A program made the position numbers and the translations under genes. 64,000 nucleotides of DNA from an uncultured bacterium (GTDB lineage Bacteria > Krumholzibacteriota > Krumholzibacteriia > JACNKJ01), in assembly GCA_963695095.1 (NCBI GenBank), contig CAVOFT010000001.1:64001-128000 (forward strand), read 5' to 3'. Below, piece after piece: positions 39,752-50,268 of the stretch (its first letter is position 1; the number at the start of each line of letters is the position of its first letter). The notes under the pieces were generated by a model. The model searched no databases. It was not told the origin of the DNA and saw only the letters and a program-made list of their open reading frames with translations.

Positions 39752-40345
39752 ATGAAAGCAACGGCTTATCGATTGGCACCGATGGTGATTGTGGCAATCC
39801 TGTGCATGGGTTACTCGGGCATCGCGGAAGCCCAGGGCCTCGTATCGACGCGCGGCAAGGTGCGCGTGTTCAAGGGCGGCCTCACGATCGAGGGGAAGGA
39901 CCTGCAGGTCAATGACCAGTCCGTTTCCCTCACGGTCAGCGGCCAGCCCACCTTCCTGGACCTGAATGACATCGATCGCGTGGATGTCCGCGACAGCAAG
40001 GTGATGAAGGGGGCTTGCATCGGCGGGGCAGGGTGCCTCGCGATCGGTTTCATTGCGTGCAGCGCCTCAAGCGATGAAGACCTGGACTCCGCGGGCGGCG
40101 ACCGCGGCACCTGCTATGCCGGCAGCATGATCTGGGCGGGGCTCTTCGCCGCCGGCGGCGCTCTGCTCGGCAATTCAATGAGCGACTGGGAACCGGTCTA
40201 CTACCGGACGAGCCAGAGCGATGTGGGTACGGATGCGGAAATGCAGCTGGCGGCCGCGACCCCGAAGCAGCCCAGCCTCTACTTCGCGGTGATCCCGCCG
40301 CGGGAGTGCTGCCCGGCGGCGGTCGGCTTCTGGGTTCGGTTCTGA
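39752..40345 (+). CDS. Hypothetical exported protein
   Basis: GAGGA RBS, signal peptide, glycine-rich hydrophobic segments, C-terminal WVRF. Confidence 0.7.
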   Translation: MKATAYRLAPMVIVAILCMGYSGIAEAQGLVSTRGKVRVFKGGLTIEGKDLQVNDQSVSLTVSGQPTFLDLNDIDRVDVRDSKVMKGACIGGAGCLAIGFIACSASSDEDLDSAGGDRGTCYAGSMIWAGLFAAGGALLGNSMSDWEPVYYRTSQSDVGTDAEMQLAAATPKQPSLYFAVIPPRECCPAAVGFWVRF

Positions 40346-40467
40346 TGCTTGCGGGGGTGCGCCGTATTGCGGCGTGCCCCCGCAGCCGAAGGCTAGCGGC
40401 GAGTCCGCGCGCCGCGGGCTCGCCGCCGGGGCTGTCGGCAGGGCTGCGGGTCTCTCCCCGGCGGGAA

Positions 40468-41163
40468 TCAGAGCCCCCCGAGGTAGGCCTGTCCCCCGAG
40501 CTGCTCCATCTGCTCCATGATCCAGCGCGCGCGCTGGCGAACGTAGGGGGACGGCCGGTCCGGATGCATCCGCCGCGGGCTGGGCAGCACGGCGGCGAGC
40601 AGCGCGGCCTCGTAGGCGCTGAGCCGGGCGGCCGGCTTGTCGAAGTGGAGCCGGCTCGCGGCGCCCACGCCGTAGATCCCCGGTCCCATCTCCGCGATGT
40701 TCAAGTAGACCTCGAGGATGCGCCGCTTCGGCCAGAGCGCCTCGATCAGCACGGTGAGGTAGGCCTCCAGCCCCTTGCGCAGGACGCTGCGCCCCGGCCA
40801 CAGGAAGAGGTTCTTGGCCACCTGCTGGGAGATCGTGCTCGCGCCGCGCAGGCGGCGGCCGCGCTGGTGCGCTTCGAGCGCGTCCGCGATGGCCTCGCGG
40901 TCGAAGCCGGCGTGGTGGGGAAAGTTCTGGTCCTCCGCGGCGACGACGGCCAGCCGCGCCGGCGGCGCGATGGCGTCCCAGCCGACCCAGTCGTAGCTCA
41001 GCCGGCGGCCGTCGCCGCGCGTGAAGAGGGCGCCCGTGCGCTCCTGCAGCATCCGCGCGCTGGTAGGCGGCGGCACCCAGCGCAGGACCAGGATGCTAGC
41101 CACCGGCAGGCCGAGGGCAAGCACGGCGAGGGCGAGCGCGATCCGGAGCAGCCAGCGGCGCAT
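40468..41163 (-). CDS. mtgA: Monofunctional biosynthetic peptidoglycan transglycosylase
   Basis: AAEDQNFPHH.GFD, RGASTISQQVAKNLFL, RKGLE, KRRILEVYLN. Confidence 0.96.
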   Translation of the reverse strand: MRRWLLRIALALAVLALGLPVASILVLRWVPPPTSARMLQERTGALFTRGDGRRLSYDWVGWDAIAPPARLAVVAAEDQNFPHHAGFDREAIADALEAHQRGRRLRGASTISQQVAKNLFLWPGRSVLRKGLEAYLTVLIEALWPKRRILEVYLNIAEMGPGIYGVGAASRLHFDKPAARLSAYEAALLAAVLPSPRRMHPDRPSPYVRQRARWIMEQMEQLGGQAYLGGL

Positions 41164-41252
41164 GTGGCGAGGATAGACGCTCCCGGCCGGCGCGGGAAGG
41201 GGTGGGGCCCGGCGGGCCGGCTCGTGTATAGTACTGGGCCGGAGCCGACCCG

Positions 41253-43239
41253 ATGAACGCCACCCACGCCAAGCCGAAGCCCAAGCCGCCCGCGCCGTCC
41301 GGGCAGGGCCTCGTCATCTGGTCCCTGGTGGCCGCGGCGCTTGCCCCCAGCCTGCTCGGCCTGCTTGCGCCGGACGCCTGGTGGGGCAGCCACTGGCTCG
41401 CCTTCTTGCCCCGGTCCTGGGCGGCGCTCACCGCCCTGCTCGCCCTGGCCGCAGCGCTTCTTGCCGCACGGCTCGCGTCCAGCGGCCGCGCCGAGCCGAG
41501 CTGGCTCGCGCGCCGACCCTGGCTCAGCGCGCTCGCCGTCGCGGCAGCCTTCGCCGCGATCTGCCATTTCCTGGGCATGGCCACCGACATCTACGGCGAC
41601 GCCCGGCGAAATCTCGCTCACCTCGAGCAGCTCCTCGAGCGCGGCAACCCCGGCGCCTGGCGCTCGCTCCTCAGCCTCGACCTGCTCCACCGCGAAACCG
41701 GCGAGCGCCTCGTGCTCAACCTCGTCTGGCTGCTCGCGCGCGCGCTCGGCTGCTCGGCGCGCATTGCCTTTGACCTCTTCAACGCCGGCTGGGGATTCGT
41801 CTTCGCCTTCGCCTGGACGCTCGCCGTGCTCACCCGCCTGCGCACCTCCGCGCTGCGCTGGCTGCTGCTGCCGGTGGGTCTGCTCTCGGGTGCGGCCCCC
41901 CTGTTCACGGATCACGCCGAGATCTACGGGCCGGCAGTCACCCTGGCCCTGCTCTTCCTGCTCGCCATGGGCCCCGCGCTCGAGCGGCGCGAGCGGCGCT
42001 GGCTCGCCCTGCTCGCCTTGCTCTTCCTGCTCGCCGCCAAGGCGCACTTCGCCAACCTCATCCTCGCGGTGCCGCTCATTTTGGCCCTCGCCGACATCTG
42101 GCCCCGCCGGGAGCGGGCCTGGATCACCCGACGCCGGCTGCTTGCCTTCGCCCTTGCGCCCCTCGCGCTCGTCTTTCTGGTTCTCTACTTCGGCGTGATG
42201 CAGAACCATGCGGTCAGCCGCTTCGTGGACGACCTGGGACGATCGCGTCTCTTCTTCCTGCCGCTGGTGAACGCGGAGACTAACGGCGCGCCCGTCTACA
42301 CCCTCTTCTCCTTCTGGCACCTCTTCGACTACCTCAACCTCGCGCTTCTGTGGTCCACACCGGCCCTGCTGCTCATCGCCGGCACCTGGCTGCTGCGCCG
42401 CCGCTTCTTGAGCGCAACGCCGAGCCTGATCCTCGCCGAGCTGAGCCTCTTCCTCTACGCCGCCATCTTCTTCGTGACCAACCCCGTGCTCGGCATGCCC
42501 CGCGACTGGGACCTCTTCGCGCTGCCGACCAGCGCCTTGCTCGTCTATGCGCTGAGCCTGGCCGCCGCCCTCACGGCAGCGCCGACGCCGACGGCGCCGC
42601 GGCCCGCGGCCGCAGCCCTGCCGCGGCCGCTCCTGGGCGCGGCCTTCACCCTGCTCGTTCTCGGCCTGCCGGTCTTCGCCGTCAACCAGCGGCCGGCCCT
42701 CAGCGCCGCGCGCTTGGAGAGCATCGGCGTGCACAGCTATCGCAGTTACTGGAAGGGCGCGATCTACCTGCTCAACGTGGCCGCAGAGCTGGACGGCGAG
42801 CGACGCGCTCGCGCGGCGCGTGCGCAGTTACGCGAGAATCCGCCCCTACGCGCTCGACGCCGACCCCGAGCAGGCGGACCTCGCCTGGCGGCTGAGCAGG
42901 CTCTATCGCGAGCAGAAGGACTACGCGCGCGCGCGGCCTTATGCGCTGGACGCCGTGCGCGCCAGCCGCGGCAACGCCCTTTGCCTGTATGAGCTGGGCC
43001 TCGTGCAATTCGGCCTGGGCGACTTCGCCGCGGCCATGGCAGCGGCTGAGCGCCTGCACGAAATAGCGCCGGCGGAGCCCGACTATCTAGACCTCGCCTA
43101 CAAGAGCGCCCTCCGCGCCGGCGAAGGCGCGCGCGCGCTCGACTACTGCCAGCGCTTCCTCGCCCTGCGCCCCGGCGACGCCGAGGCCTTGCGATTGCTG
43201 GCGCTGATCCGGGCTCAACTCGCCGTGCCCACGCCTTGA
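41253..43239 (+). CDS. Polytopic membrane protein (GT-C-like) with C-terminal TPRs; apparent frameshift near 42820
   Basis: More than 10 TM segments with YGD, EIYG and RDWDLF motifs; TPRs continue in another frame to 43239. Confidence 0.65.
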
Positions 43240-43278
43240 GTGGGGCCGCGCTCACCCCGCGCGCGCAGGTTCGGCCGA

Positions 43279-43995
43279 CTACCAGGCAGCCTTCACGGCG
43301 CTGAAGGAACTGGGGGCCGTCGGCGTGGCCTCCCAGGCGGCCATCACGCTCTGCAGGTAGTAGTGTCCGTCGAGATCGACGTCGTGGTCGAAGCCGAAGA
43401 GAATGCTGCCCACGCCGACCCCGCCGACGCCGTGGGTCTCGGCAGGGACGATGAGCGCGCCGTCCAGAGAAACGGCGCAGGTACCCGCAATCATGTCAAA
43501 GACGATCTCCAGCAGCAGGTCCTCGCCGGTCGTGTAGGTGCCCACAGGATCCAGGCCGACGTCATCCGCATCCCCCTGCGACACGGTGCCGCTTTCCTCG
43601 AAGCGCAGGTCCAGAAAGGACGAAGCGGAGTGCAGGGGCTCGCGCACGTAGACGACGTAGTCCTCGTAGTCGACGAAGTACAGCACGGCACTCAGCGTGA
43701 GGATCCCTGTTGTGACTTCGGTGGTGTCCAGAAACTCGAAGCGCACGACGTCGGTGCCGTAGTCGAGGTAGTCGAGGATCTCGAGCGCGCTCCCGCCGGT
43801 GGGGCTGATGCGCACCATCGCCGGCATGCCGCCGATGTCGACAGGCTGATGGGCAGCGGCGCCGTCCGTGCCGATAGGCTGATCGATGGGCTGATCCTCG
43901 AAGTCGCAATCGAGCAGGATGTCGGCTGCTGCCGGCTGGACGAGACAGACGGTGATCAGGGCGAAGAGACGCAGGGCGAGCGGGGAGCGAAGCAT
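43279..43995 (-). CDS. Secreted acidic beta-rich protein with short C-terminal tail
   Basis: GGAGG RBS, signal peptide, tail TPTAPSSFSAVKAAW. Confidence 0.75.
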   Translation of the reverse strand: MLRSPLALRLFALITVCLVQPAAADILLDCDFEDQPIDQPIGTDGAAAHQPVDIGGMPAMVRISPTGGSALEILDYLDYGTDVVRFEFLDTTEVTTGILTLSAVLYFVDYEDYVVYVREPLHSASSFLDLRFEESGTVSQGDADDVGLDPVGTYTTGEDLLLEIVFDMIAGTCAVSLDGALIVPAETHGVGGVGVGSILFGFDHDVDLDGHYYLQSVMAAWEATPTAPSSFSAVKAAW

Positions 43996-44118
43996 GGCAG
44001 TCCTCCAGTTTGGGGCGGGACGCATGAAATCAGGTGCACCTTATCCGAATCCCCCCCAGGCAACAATTAGTACTGCACAAATATTGTAACGAACAGTCCG
44101 GTGGCGGGAAGCCTGCAT

Positions 44119-46025
44119 ATGGCTCTCGAGGGGGCGTCCTGCCGCGAGGCCGGCCGCCCCGGCGGCTCCGCGCCCGGGAGCGCGGGGAAAGGACCGATCC
44201 GTTTGAGCCCCGATCGGGAAGCACAGCGCGTGGACGGCAGGGCCGACAGCGTCGCGCCGGTCGTCGCAAGCCGAGAGGACGACCTGCTGAATGCATGGGA
44301 TCGCCTCCTGGCCATCGCGTCGCTCTATCCCGCTCAGAATACGCGCTTCCGCGACGCCGTGGCCGAGTGGCGCCAGGCCCTGCGCCCGGTGGCCAGGGCC
44401 GACGGCAGCTTCTGCATCGAGGTCGGCCGCGAGGATCGGCTTGCCCACGAAGGCCGTGTCCAGCTGACCGAGCGCGTGGCGCGCAGCCGCCTCTATCCCC
44501 TGCTCATGGGCATCGGCGTGGAGCACGCCGTGCTGAGCATCGACATTGCCGATGAGGCGCTGCACCGGCTGCTCGCTGTCCTGCGGGAGGCACGGCGGGC
44601 TGCCGATCGCTCCATCGGTTTTCAGCACGCCGAGTTGCCCGAGCTGCCCGCGGGCGTGACGGTCGCGCTGCGCAGCTTCGGCAACCCTGGGGAGACAGTG
44701 CTTGGTTCCGTTCTGGGCAGCGGCGGCGAAGGCGGCAACGGCGAAGGCGGCGGGGCGCCTGGCGCGGTGGCCCCTGCCGGTTGCCGATGGCCGATGTGCA
44801 CAACCCCCACGTCGGCGTGCAGAGCGACCTCGCCCGCTCGCTGGAGGACCGGCTCACGGCCCAGGCTGCGACGCTCTATCGAAAGCTCACCCGGGACGCC
44901 GTGCCGGAGGCCATCAGCGAAGCGGTCGACAGCGAGACCGCGGCCGAGCCCCCGGCGGGGGAAGGCGGGCGCACGGTGGATCCTGCGCTGCCTCTCGACG
45001 CGCAGCGCTTGCACGCCCAGCTCGCGCGATTGGATACGGGCGCCCGCTTCGACAGCACCTTGCTTGGTCCCAGCCAGCCGGAGTGGGTCGCCCTTCTACT
45101 GCAGCACGCACTGGTCAATGACGCCGGGGCGACCGCCCTCCGCGCACGCCAGGAACTCGCGGCAGCCCTGGAGCGCGAGCTCGGGCTCCAGGAGATACAG
45201 ATCATCGTCACCGTCTGCGAAGGCCTGCTCGACGCGGGCGATGCGGAGCGGGCGGACGCGCTGCTCCCCTTGCTGCTGGACCCCCTCGCGCAGCAGCGGC
45301 GGCTCGAGCCCGTGCTCTCCGCGCTCGCGGACGGCGCCGATGCGAAGCGCCGCGAGCTGCTCTGGCCGCACCTGGCCGACGCCCTCCTCTGCGAGGCTGT
45401 CACCGTCGGCCTCGCCCAGGTCAAGGGCGCTGACGGCGAAAGCGCCCTGGCCCTGCCCGCCGACGCGCGCAGCCGCGTGCTCGAACGCCTGGAGGCGCGG
45501 CCGGCCCTGCAAGCCGGACGCATTGCGGCCTCCGTCTTCCGGCCGCTGCGCCCCGAGATGCAACCTCTGATCCTCGTTCTCCTGCAGAGTTCGCGGGGCA
45601 GCACCGTCGGCGACCAGCTGCGCGCGGCGCTCCTGGAATCGCCGCCGCCGGCCCCCTTCGCCGGCGTGCTGGCGCTCCTGGGCGACTTCAAGCCGAGCCA
45701 GCGGGAGTTCTACCGTCTGCTCATTGCCGACGCGGCGGAGGCCGGCCCCGCGCTGGACCGGGAGGCGGCGTCCCTCGCCTTGCAGATCCTGCCGCGGCTG
45801 CCGCGCGGCGAGCGGCGGCGGCCCGAGGTGGGCGATGCCCTGCGCGCACTGGTGGCCGCGCCGACCGGCGAGGCCGAGGCCTTGCTCGCCTCCGTGCTCG
45901 CCGAGCGCCGGCTGCTCTTCCTGCCCGCCTGGCCTGCCGCGGCGCGGGGCCAGGCGCAGCAGATCCAGAAGCGCCGCCACCGGGGGCGCACCCTGGCGGC
46001 GCGGGTCGACGAGGAGCGAGCATGA
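44119..46025 (+). CDS. Hypothetical helical protein coupled to the HD-GYP gene; apparent frameshift near 44750
   Basis: Two coding-like halves in different frames (ORFs 44101 and 44781); ATGA overlap with the next gene. Confidence 0.55.
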
Positions 46026-47470
46026 ACGCGCGCGTCGACGAGCTCGTCACCCTGCTCAGCCGCGGCATCGCGCAGCGCAGCATCTACTTCGCGGAGCACC
46101 CGAACGTGCGGGCCTGCAGCCGGGACCTCGCGCAGCGGCTCGCCCGGGAGATCGCCGGCGACGAGGCGGGGTTCTTCCTCGGGGCTGTCGAGGGCCGTCT
46201 CATCCATGAGGGCCGGATGCTGCTCGGCGCCTCGATCCTCGGCCACAAGGTGGCCACCTTCCTCGCCCGCCTGGGCAGCGGCGGTCTGCTCTTCAGGCGC
46301 GGCGTCGAGGCGCAGGAGCTGGCCACGCTCTTCGATCTCGCGGCCCTGCAGACGGAGGCGCTGGCCGGCGGCCTGGCGACCGCACGCGAGCTGCTGGCGG
46401 CGCGCGGCGTGCGGCACATCGAGCTGTCGCCGCGCTTCGAGGACGAGGACTGGTTCGGCCGGCGCGGGGCGCTCGTCGCGACGACGAGCGGCGAGGACGG
46501 CGAGGGTCTCGGCGGCCTGGGGGCCATGATTCCCATCTACCAGTCCCTCTTCGAGGCGGTGGAGACCGCGCACAGCCGCGCCGTCGGTGATCACGCCCTG
46601 GATATCCCCGGCGCCCGGGGCGCCAGCGAGCGCTTCCTCAACGCCTGCGAGGGCAGCTTCACCGACATGATGCAGCTCGTGCGCTACCCGGATGCCGACA
46701 GCTACACCGTGGGCCACTCCGTGCGCGTGGCGCTGCTCTGCGCTCTCGTCGGCCAGCATGTCGGACTGCCTCGCCCGCGCCTGAACGAAATGGCCACCGC
46801 CGGCCTCCTCCACGACGTCGGCAAGGCCAAGGTGCCCGGCGAGATCCTCTACAAGGCGGGCCGCCTGGACCCGGACGAGCTGCGCATCATGCGAATCCAC
46901 CCGGAGGCGGGCGCGAAGATCCTGCTGGAGAGCGGCGAGGCCTCGCCAACGGCCATCTGCGCGGCCTGGGGCCATCACCTGCGCCACGATCTGCGCGGCT
47001 ATCCCGAGGTGCCGGGCTGGGCGGTCCAGGGCGAGTCGACGGCCCTGCTGCAGGTCTGCGATGTCTTCGAGGCGCTGACGGCCGTGCGGCCCTACAAGCC
47101 GGCGACCACGCCGCTGCGCGCCTACGAGATCATGCTCGCGGATCCAGGCGCCTTCCATCCCGGCGCCCTGCGCGCGCTCGTCGGCGCGCTGGGCCTCTAT
47201 CCGCCCGGCAGCCGGGTCGAACTGGCCGACGGTTCGCGCGCCGTCGTGGTCAGCGCAGGCGAGGCCGCGGATCGCCCTCGCGTGCGCGTGGTGCGCGACG
47301 CGGGGGGCACCCCCATCGCGCGCGAGGATCAGACCCTGCTCGATCTTGGCGATCCCGCCGCAGCGGCGATCTCCGTGGACCGACTCCTCGCCGGCATCTT
47401 CGACACGGAGATCGGCGAGCTCGCTCCCGAGCCTGAGGCCCTCGACGCCGACCCGGCCCTGGGCGACTAG
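46022..47470 (+). CDS. HD-GYP cyclic dinucleotide phosphodiesterase
   Basis: YTVGHSVRV, LLHDVGK, HHLRHDLRGYP, DVFEALTAVRPYK. Confidence 0.9.
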   Translation: MNARVDELVTLLSRGIAQRSIYFAEHPNVRACSRDLAQRLAREIAGDEAGFFLGAVEGRLIHEGRMLLGASILGHKVATFLARLGSGGLLFRRGVEAQELATLFDLAALQTEALAGGLATARELLAARGVRHIELSPRFEDEDWFGRRGALVATTSGEDGEGLGGLGAMIPIYQSLFEAVETAHSRAVGDHALDIPGARGASERFLNACEGSFTDMMQLVRYPDADSYTVGHSVRVALLCALVGQHVGLPRPRLNEMATAGLLHDVGKAKVPGEILYKAGRLDPDELRIMRIHPEAGAKILLESGEASPTAICAAWGHHLRHDLRGYPEVPGWAVQGESTALLQVCDVFEALTAVRPYKPATTPLRAYEIMLADPGAFHPGALRALVGALGLYPPGSRVELADGSRAVVVSAGEAADRPRVRVVRDAGGTPIAREDQTLLDLGDPAAAAISVDRLLAGIFDTEIGELAPEPEALDADPALGD

Positions 47471-47494
47471 GCGTGAGTCCGAGAGCAGGACAAA

Positions 47495-47518
47495 GCGCCG
47501 GGAGGGAACTCCCGGCGC
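47495..47518. terminator. Hairpin between convergent genes
   Basis: GCGCCGGGAG-GGAA-CTCCCGGCGC. Confidence 0.5.
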
Positions 47519-47566
47519 CTCGGATTGCTCGCACGTTTGTGAGATAGCTCAGGATCGCCCGCAGGC

Positions 47567-48280
47567 TCAGTACAGAGACTTGATGGTGCTCAGCGACGCC
47601 TCCGCGACTCCCGTGGTGAGCCAGGCCAGGGTGTTGGCGAAGAGGATGTCGTAGTCGCCGCCGATGCCGCCGAAGTAGGCATCGGGGAAGAGGTTCACCG
47701 CGACCACGTTGAGGCGCTCGGCCAGCAAGGGCTCGCCGTCGTTCCAGGTCCCGTGCAGCGTGGCACCGTTCACGACGGCCACGTCGTCGTGGTAGAAGCC
47801 CGACAGCGACGCGACGCCCCCGAAGAAGGGATGCCCGTCGTTCCAGTCCATGACGACGGAGGTGTAGAGGCTGGGGCCCTGGAAGGCGAAGGGGCTGATG
47901 CCATCCGTGATGATGCGGCCGGCCAGCGTGTTGCAGCCCTGATCGGCCCAGGCGAAGGTGGCCAGCACCAGGCGACGCCCCGTATCGGCGTAGTCCGCCA
48001 GGATATCGCCGATGGCCACCATGTCTCCGGCGCAGCCATTCGTGAAGAAGAGGACGGCGTCGTAGTTCAGCAGATCGGCGAGGGTGAGGTTCAGGTCCTG
48101 GCTCGGCACGGCCGAATCGAGCAGGCCCGTGGCCATCAGGTAGTCGGCGACGCCCTGGGTGCTGCCGCCCTCGTTGCCCGTCGACCAGACGAGAACGTCC
48201 TGGGCAAGGGCGCTGGTGGCCATGCAGGCCGCCAGCAGGGCAAGGGTCAGCGCGGCAAGCTGCTTTCGCGTTCTTTTCAT
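47567..48280 (-). CDS. Secreted protein (glutamine-amidotransferase-like fold suspected) with short C-terminal tail
   Basis: GGAG RBS, signal peptide, LLNYDAVLF..LADYADTG, tail TGVAEASLSTIKSLY. Confidence 0.75.
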   Translation of the reverse strand: MKRTRKQLAALTLALLAACMATSALAQDVLVWSTGNEGGSTQGVADYLMATGLLDSAVPSQDLNLTLADLLNYDAVLFFTNGCAGDMVAIGDILADYADTGRRLVLATFAWADQGCNTLAGRIITDGISPFAFQGPSLYTSVVMDWNDGHPFFGGVASLSGFYHDDVAVVNGATLHGTWNDGEPLLAERLNVVAVNLFPDAYFGGIGGDYDILFANTLAWLTTGVAEASLSTIKSLY

Positions 48281-48376
48281 TCCGCTCTCCTTCGTGTGTG
48301 GGTCTGGAAGCCCTGCCCGAGAGAGCGGTTCATTCCGGTGGCAGCGGGAAGTGTAGCACAAATGCGAGGGACGGGC

Positions 48377-49396
48377 CTAGATCGCTTCGAGGGCGAAGCC
48401 CTTCTCGCGAAACAGCGCGAGGCAGGCGTCCACCACGCGAGCGTCGAGCTGGCGGCCGCGCTGCGTCTCCAGCTCCGCGAGCACGACGGGCAGGGGATGG
48501 GCCGGCCGATAGGGCCGGTGCGTGAGCATGGCCTCCACGGTGTCGGCCACGGCCAGGATGCGCGCCTGGAGCAGGATCTCCTCGCCCTGCAGGCCGTCCG
48601 GGTAGCCGCTGCCGTCCAGGCGCTCCTGGTGCTGGGCGATCGCATCGGCCACCGGCCAGGGGAACTCGACCCGCTTGAGGATGCGCTGGGCTGTCTGCGG
48701 CGTGCGCCGCACGATGGCGCGTTCGGCGGGGCTCAGGCGGGCGGGCTTGCAGAGGATCTCCGCGGGCACGGCCACCTTGCCGATGTCGTGCAGCAAGGCC
48801 ATGATGCGCAGGCCTTCGAGCTGGAAGGCGTCGAGGTCCAGCTCCGCGCCCAGGGCGACGGCGAGCTGGGCCACGCGCCGCTGGTGGCCGGCGACGAAGG
48901 GATCGCGGCGTTCCACCATCGTAGACATCGCCTCGACGGCCCCGACGATGACGCGCCGGAGCTGGCCCAGGCTGGTCTTGAGCCGCCCGCTGGGATCGCC
49001 CAGGGCCGTCATGTCCTCGACGAGCACGGCATAGCCGGCCAGCTCGCCGTTCTCGCGCAGGCAGCGGCCGCTGAAACGCAGAAAGCGGGGACTGCCAGCG
49101 AAGGCCACGCTCGGTGACTGATCGAGCGTGAAGTCCTCCCCCGTGCGCTGCATGCGCGTGACCGCGGCGGCCAGGCCGAGTTCGGCCAGCACGGGCAGCT
49201 CGCGCAGGGCGCCGAGTCCGCGCAGCCTTGCCGGCGGGCAATCGCAGAGCTCGGCGAAACGGGCGTTGGCCTGCTGGACGCCTCCTGCCGGATCGAGCAG
49301 CAGCAGCCCGAAGGGCAGCCGCTCCACCAGGAGCCCGAGCAGGGCCTGGGGGCGCTCCGCCGTCTGCAGCGCGCTGCCGTCGCCCTCGAAGTGCAT
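48377..49396 (-). CDS. PAS + HD-GYP domain protein
   Basis: N-terminal PAS, RDPFVAGHQRRV, LLHDIGK, HQERLDGSGYP, HRPYR. Confidence 0.92.
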   Translation of the reverse strand: MHFEGDGSALQTAERPQALLGLLVERLPFGLLLLDPAGGVQQANARFAELCDCPPARLRGLGALRELPVLAELGLAAAVTRMQRTGEDFTLDQSPSVAFAGSPRFLRFSGRCLRENGELAGYAVLVEDMTALGDPSGRLKTSLGQLRRVIVGAVEAMSTMVERRDPFVAGHQRRVAQLAVALGAELDLDAFQLEGLRIMALLHDIGKVAVPAEILCKPARLSPAERAIVRRTPQTAQRILKRVEFPWPVADAIAQHQERLDGSGYPDGLQGEEILLQARILAVADTVEAMLTHRPYRPAHPLPVVLAELETQRGRQLDARVVDACLALFREKGFALEAI

Positions 49397-49532
49397 GCCC
49401 TTTCCCCCTTGCCGAGCTGTCGGCGGCGGCCGCGACCGCCGCCAGCGCCTTGGCCCGTCGGCACTTGCGCCCGGACGCGGCTCCGCCCGGCGGCTGACCG
49501 CCCGAGCCCGTGCAAGGAATCGGCCAAGGGTA

Positions 49533-50102
49533 CTAGCGGCTGCGAACCGGCTTGAGTTCGTGCCCGGAGAGCTTGGGGTTGATCACGGCATCCTGGGCGA
49601 CGAGGAGGTGCACGTCCACATTGCGCGGCGACCCCTTGCCGTGCACGTAGCGCAGGAAGCCGCTGTCGGGATGCGGCAGGATGCGGATGCGGGTGTCGGG
49701 AGCCAGCGCCTCCGTGCGCAGCAGCGTGAGCGTGTTGATGAGCAGGCCGTCGCCGATCTTGTCGCGGATTGCCTGCGTGAACCCGGTGAGGACCTTGCCC
49801 ATGGCGAGGTTGGAGTAGTCGGGCAGCTCGTCGTGGAGCAGGCTGAGGCCCGGCGGCAGCTCGACGAGGTACTCGAGCGCTCGGATGCCGCCCTCGTTGC
49901 GGCGGCTGCCGTTCCACATCATCAGGTAGACGCGCAAGGTGTCCGACGGCTCGCCCTCGAAGATGGTGTCCGTGCCGGCGGCATCGAAGTAGGCGCCGAG
50001 GATGACCTCGGCCTGGCCGTCGTTCCAGAAGGAGGATTCGTCGTCCGCCAGGGCCGGCATGGCCAGGGCCGTGAGCAGGATGAGAGCGAGCAAGCGTTTC
50101 AT
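49533..50102 (-). CDS. Hypothetical secreted protein
   Basis: GAGG RBS, MKRLLALILLTALAMPALA signal peptide. Confidence 0.75.
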   Translation of the reverse strand: MKRLLALILLTALAMPALADDESSFWNDGQAEVILGAYFDAAGTDTIFEGEPSDTLRVYLMMWNGSRRNEGGIRALEYLVELPPGLSLLHDELPDYSNLAMGKVLTGFTQAIRDKIGDGLLINTLTLLRTEALAPDTRIRILPHPDSGFLRYVHGKGSPRNVDVHLLVAQDAVINPKLSGHELKPVRSR

Positions 50103-50268
50103 GGTCCTCAACTCCAGCGCAGCGCGGTTGCAGGGGCTAGCATAGCGGCCTGCGCGGCCCAGGACAAGGGCAGGGCGCCGTGGGGGTCGAATCGGCGCCG
50201 GGCGGGCAAACGCGAGGCGCGCGCGCCGAGTTCCCGCGCCCAGCGCTCGCGGGGCGCTCGCCGGCCGC

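Noticed and set aside
44060..44095. Rex operator in an AT-rich intergenic stretch
   Set aside because: Only a partial half-site (TTGTGCA on the minus strand); no match to TTGTGAA-N4-TTCACAA.
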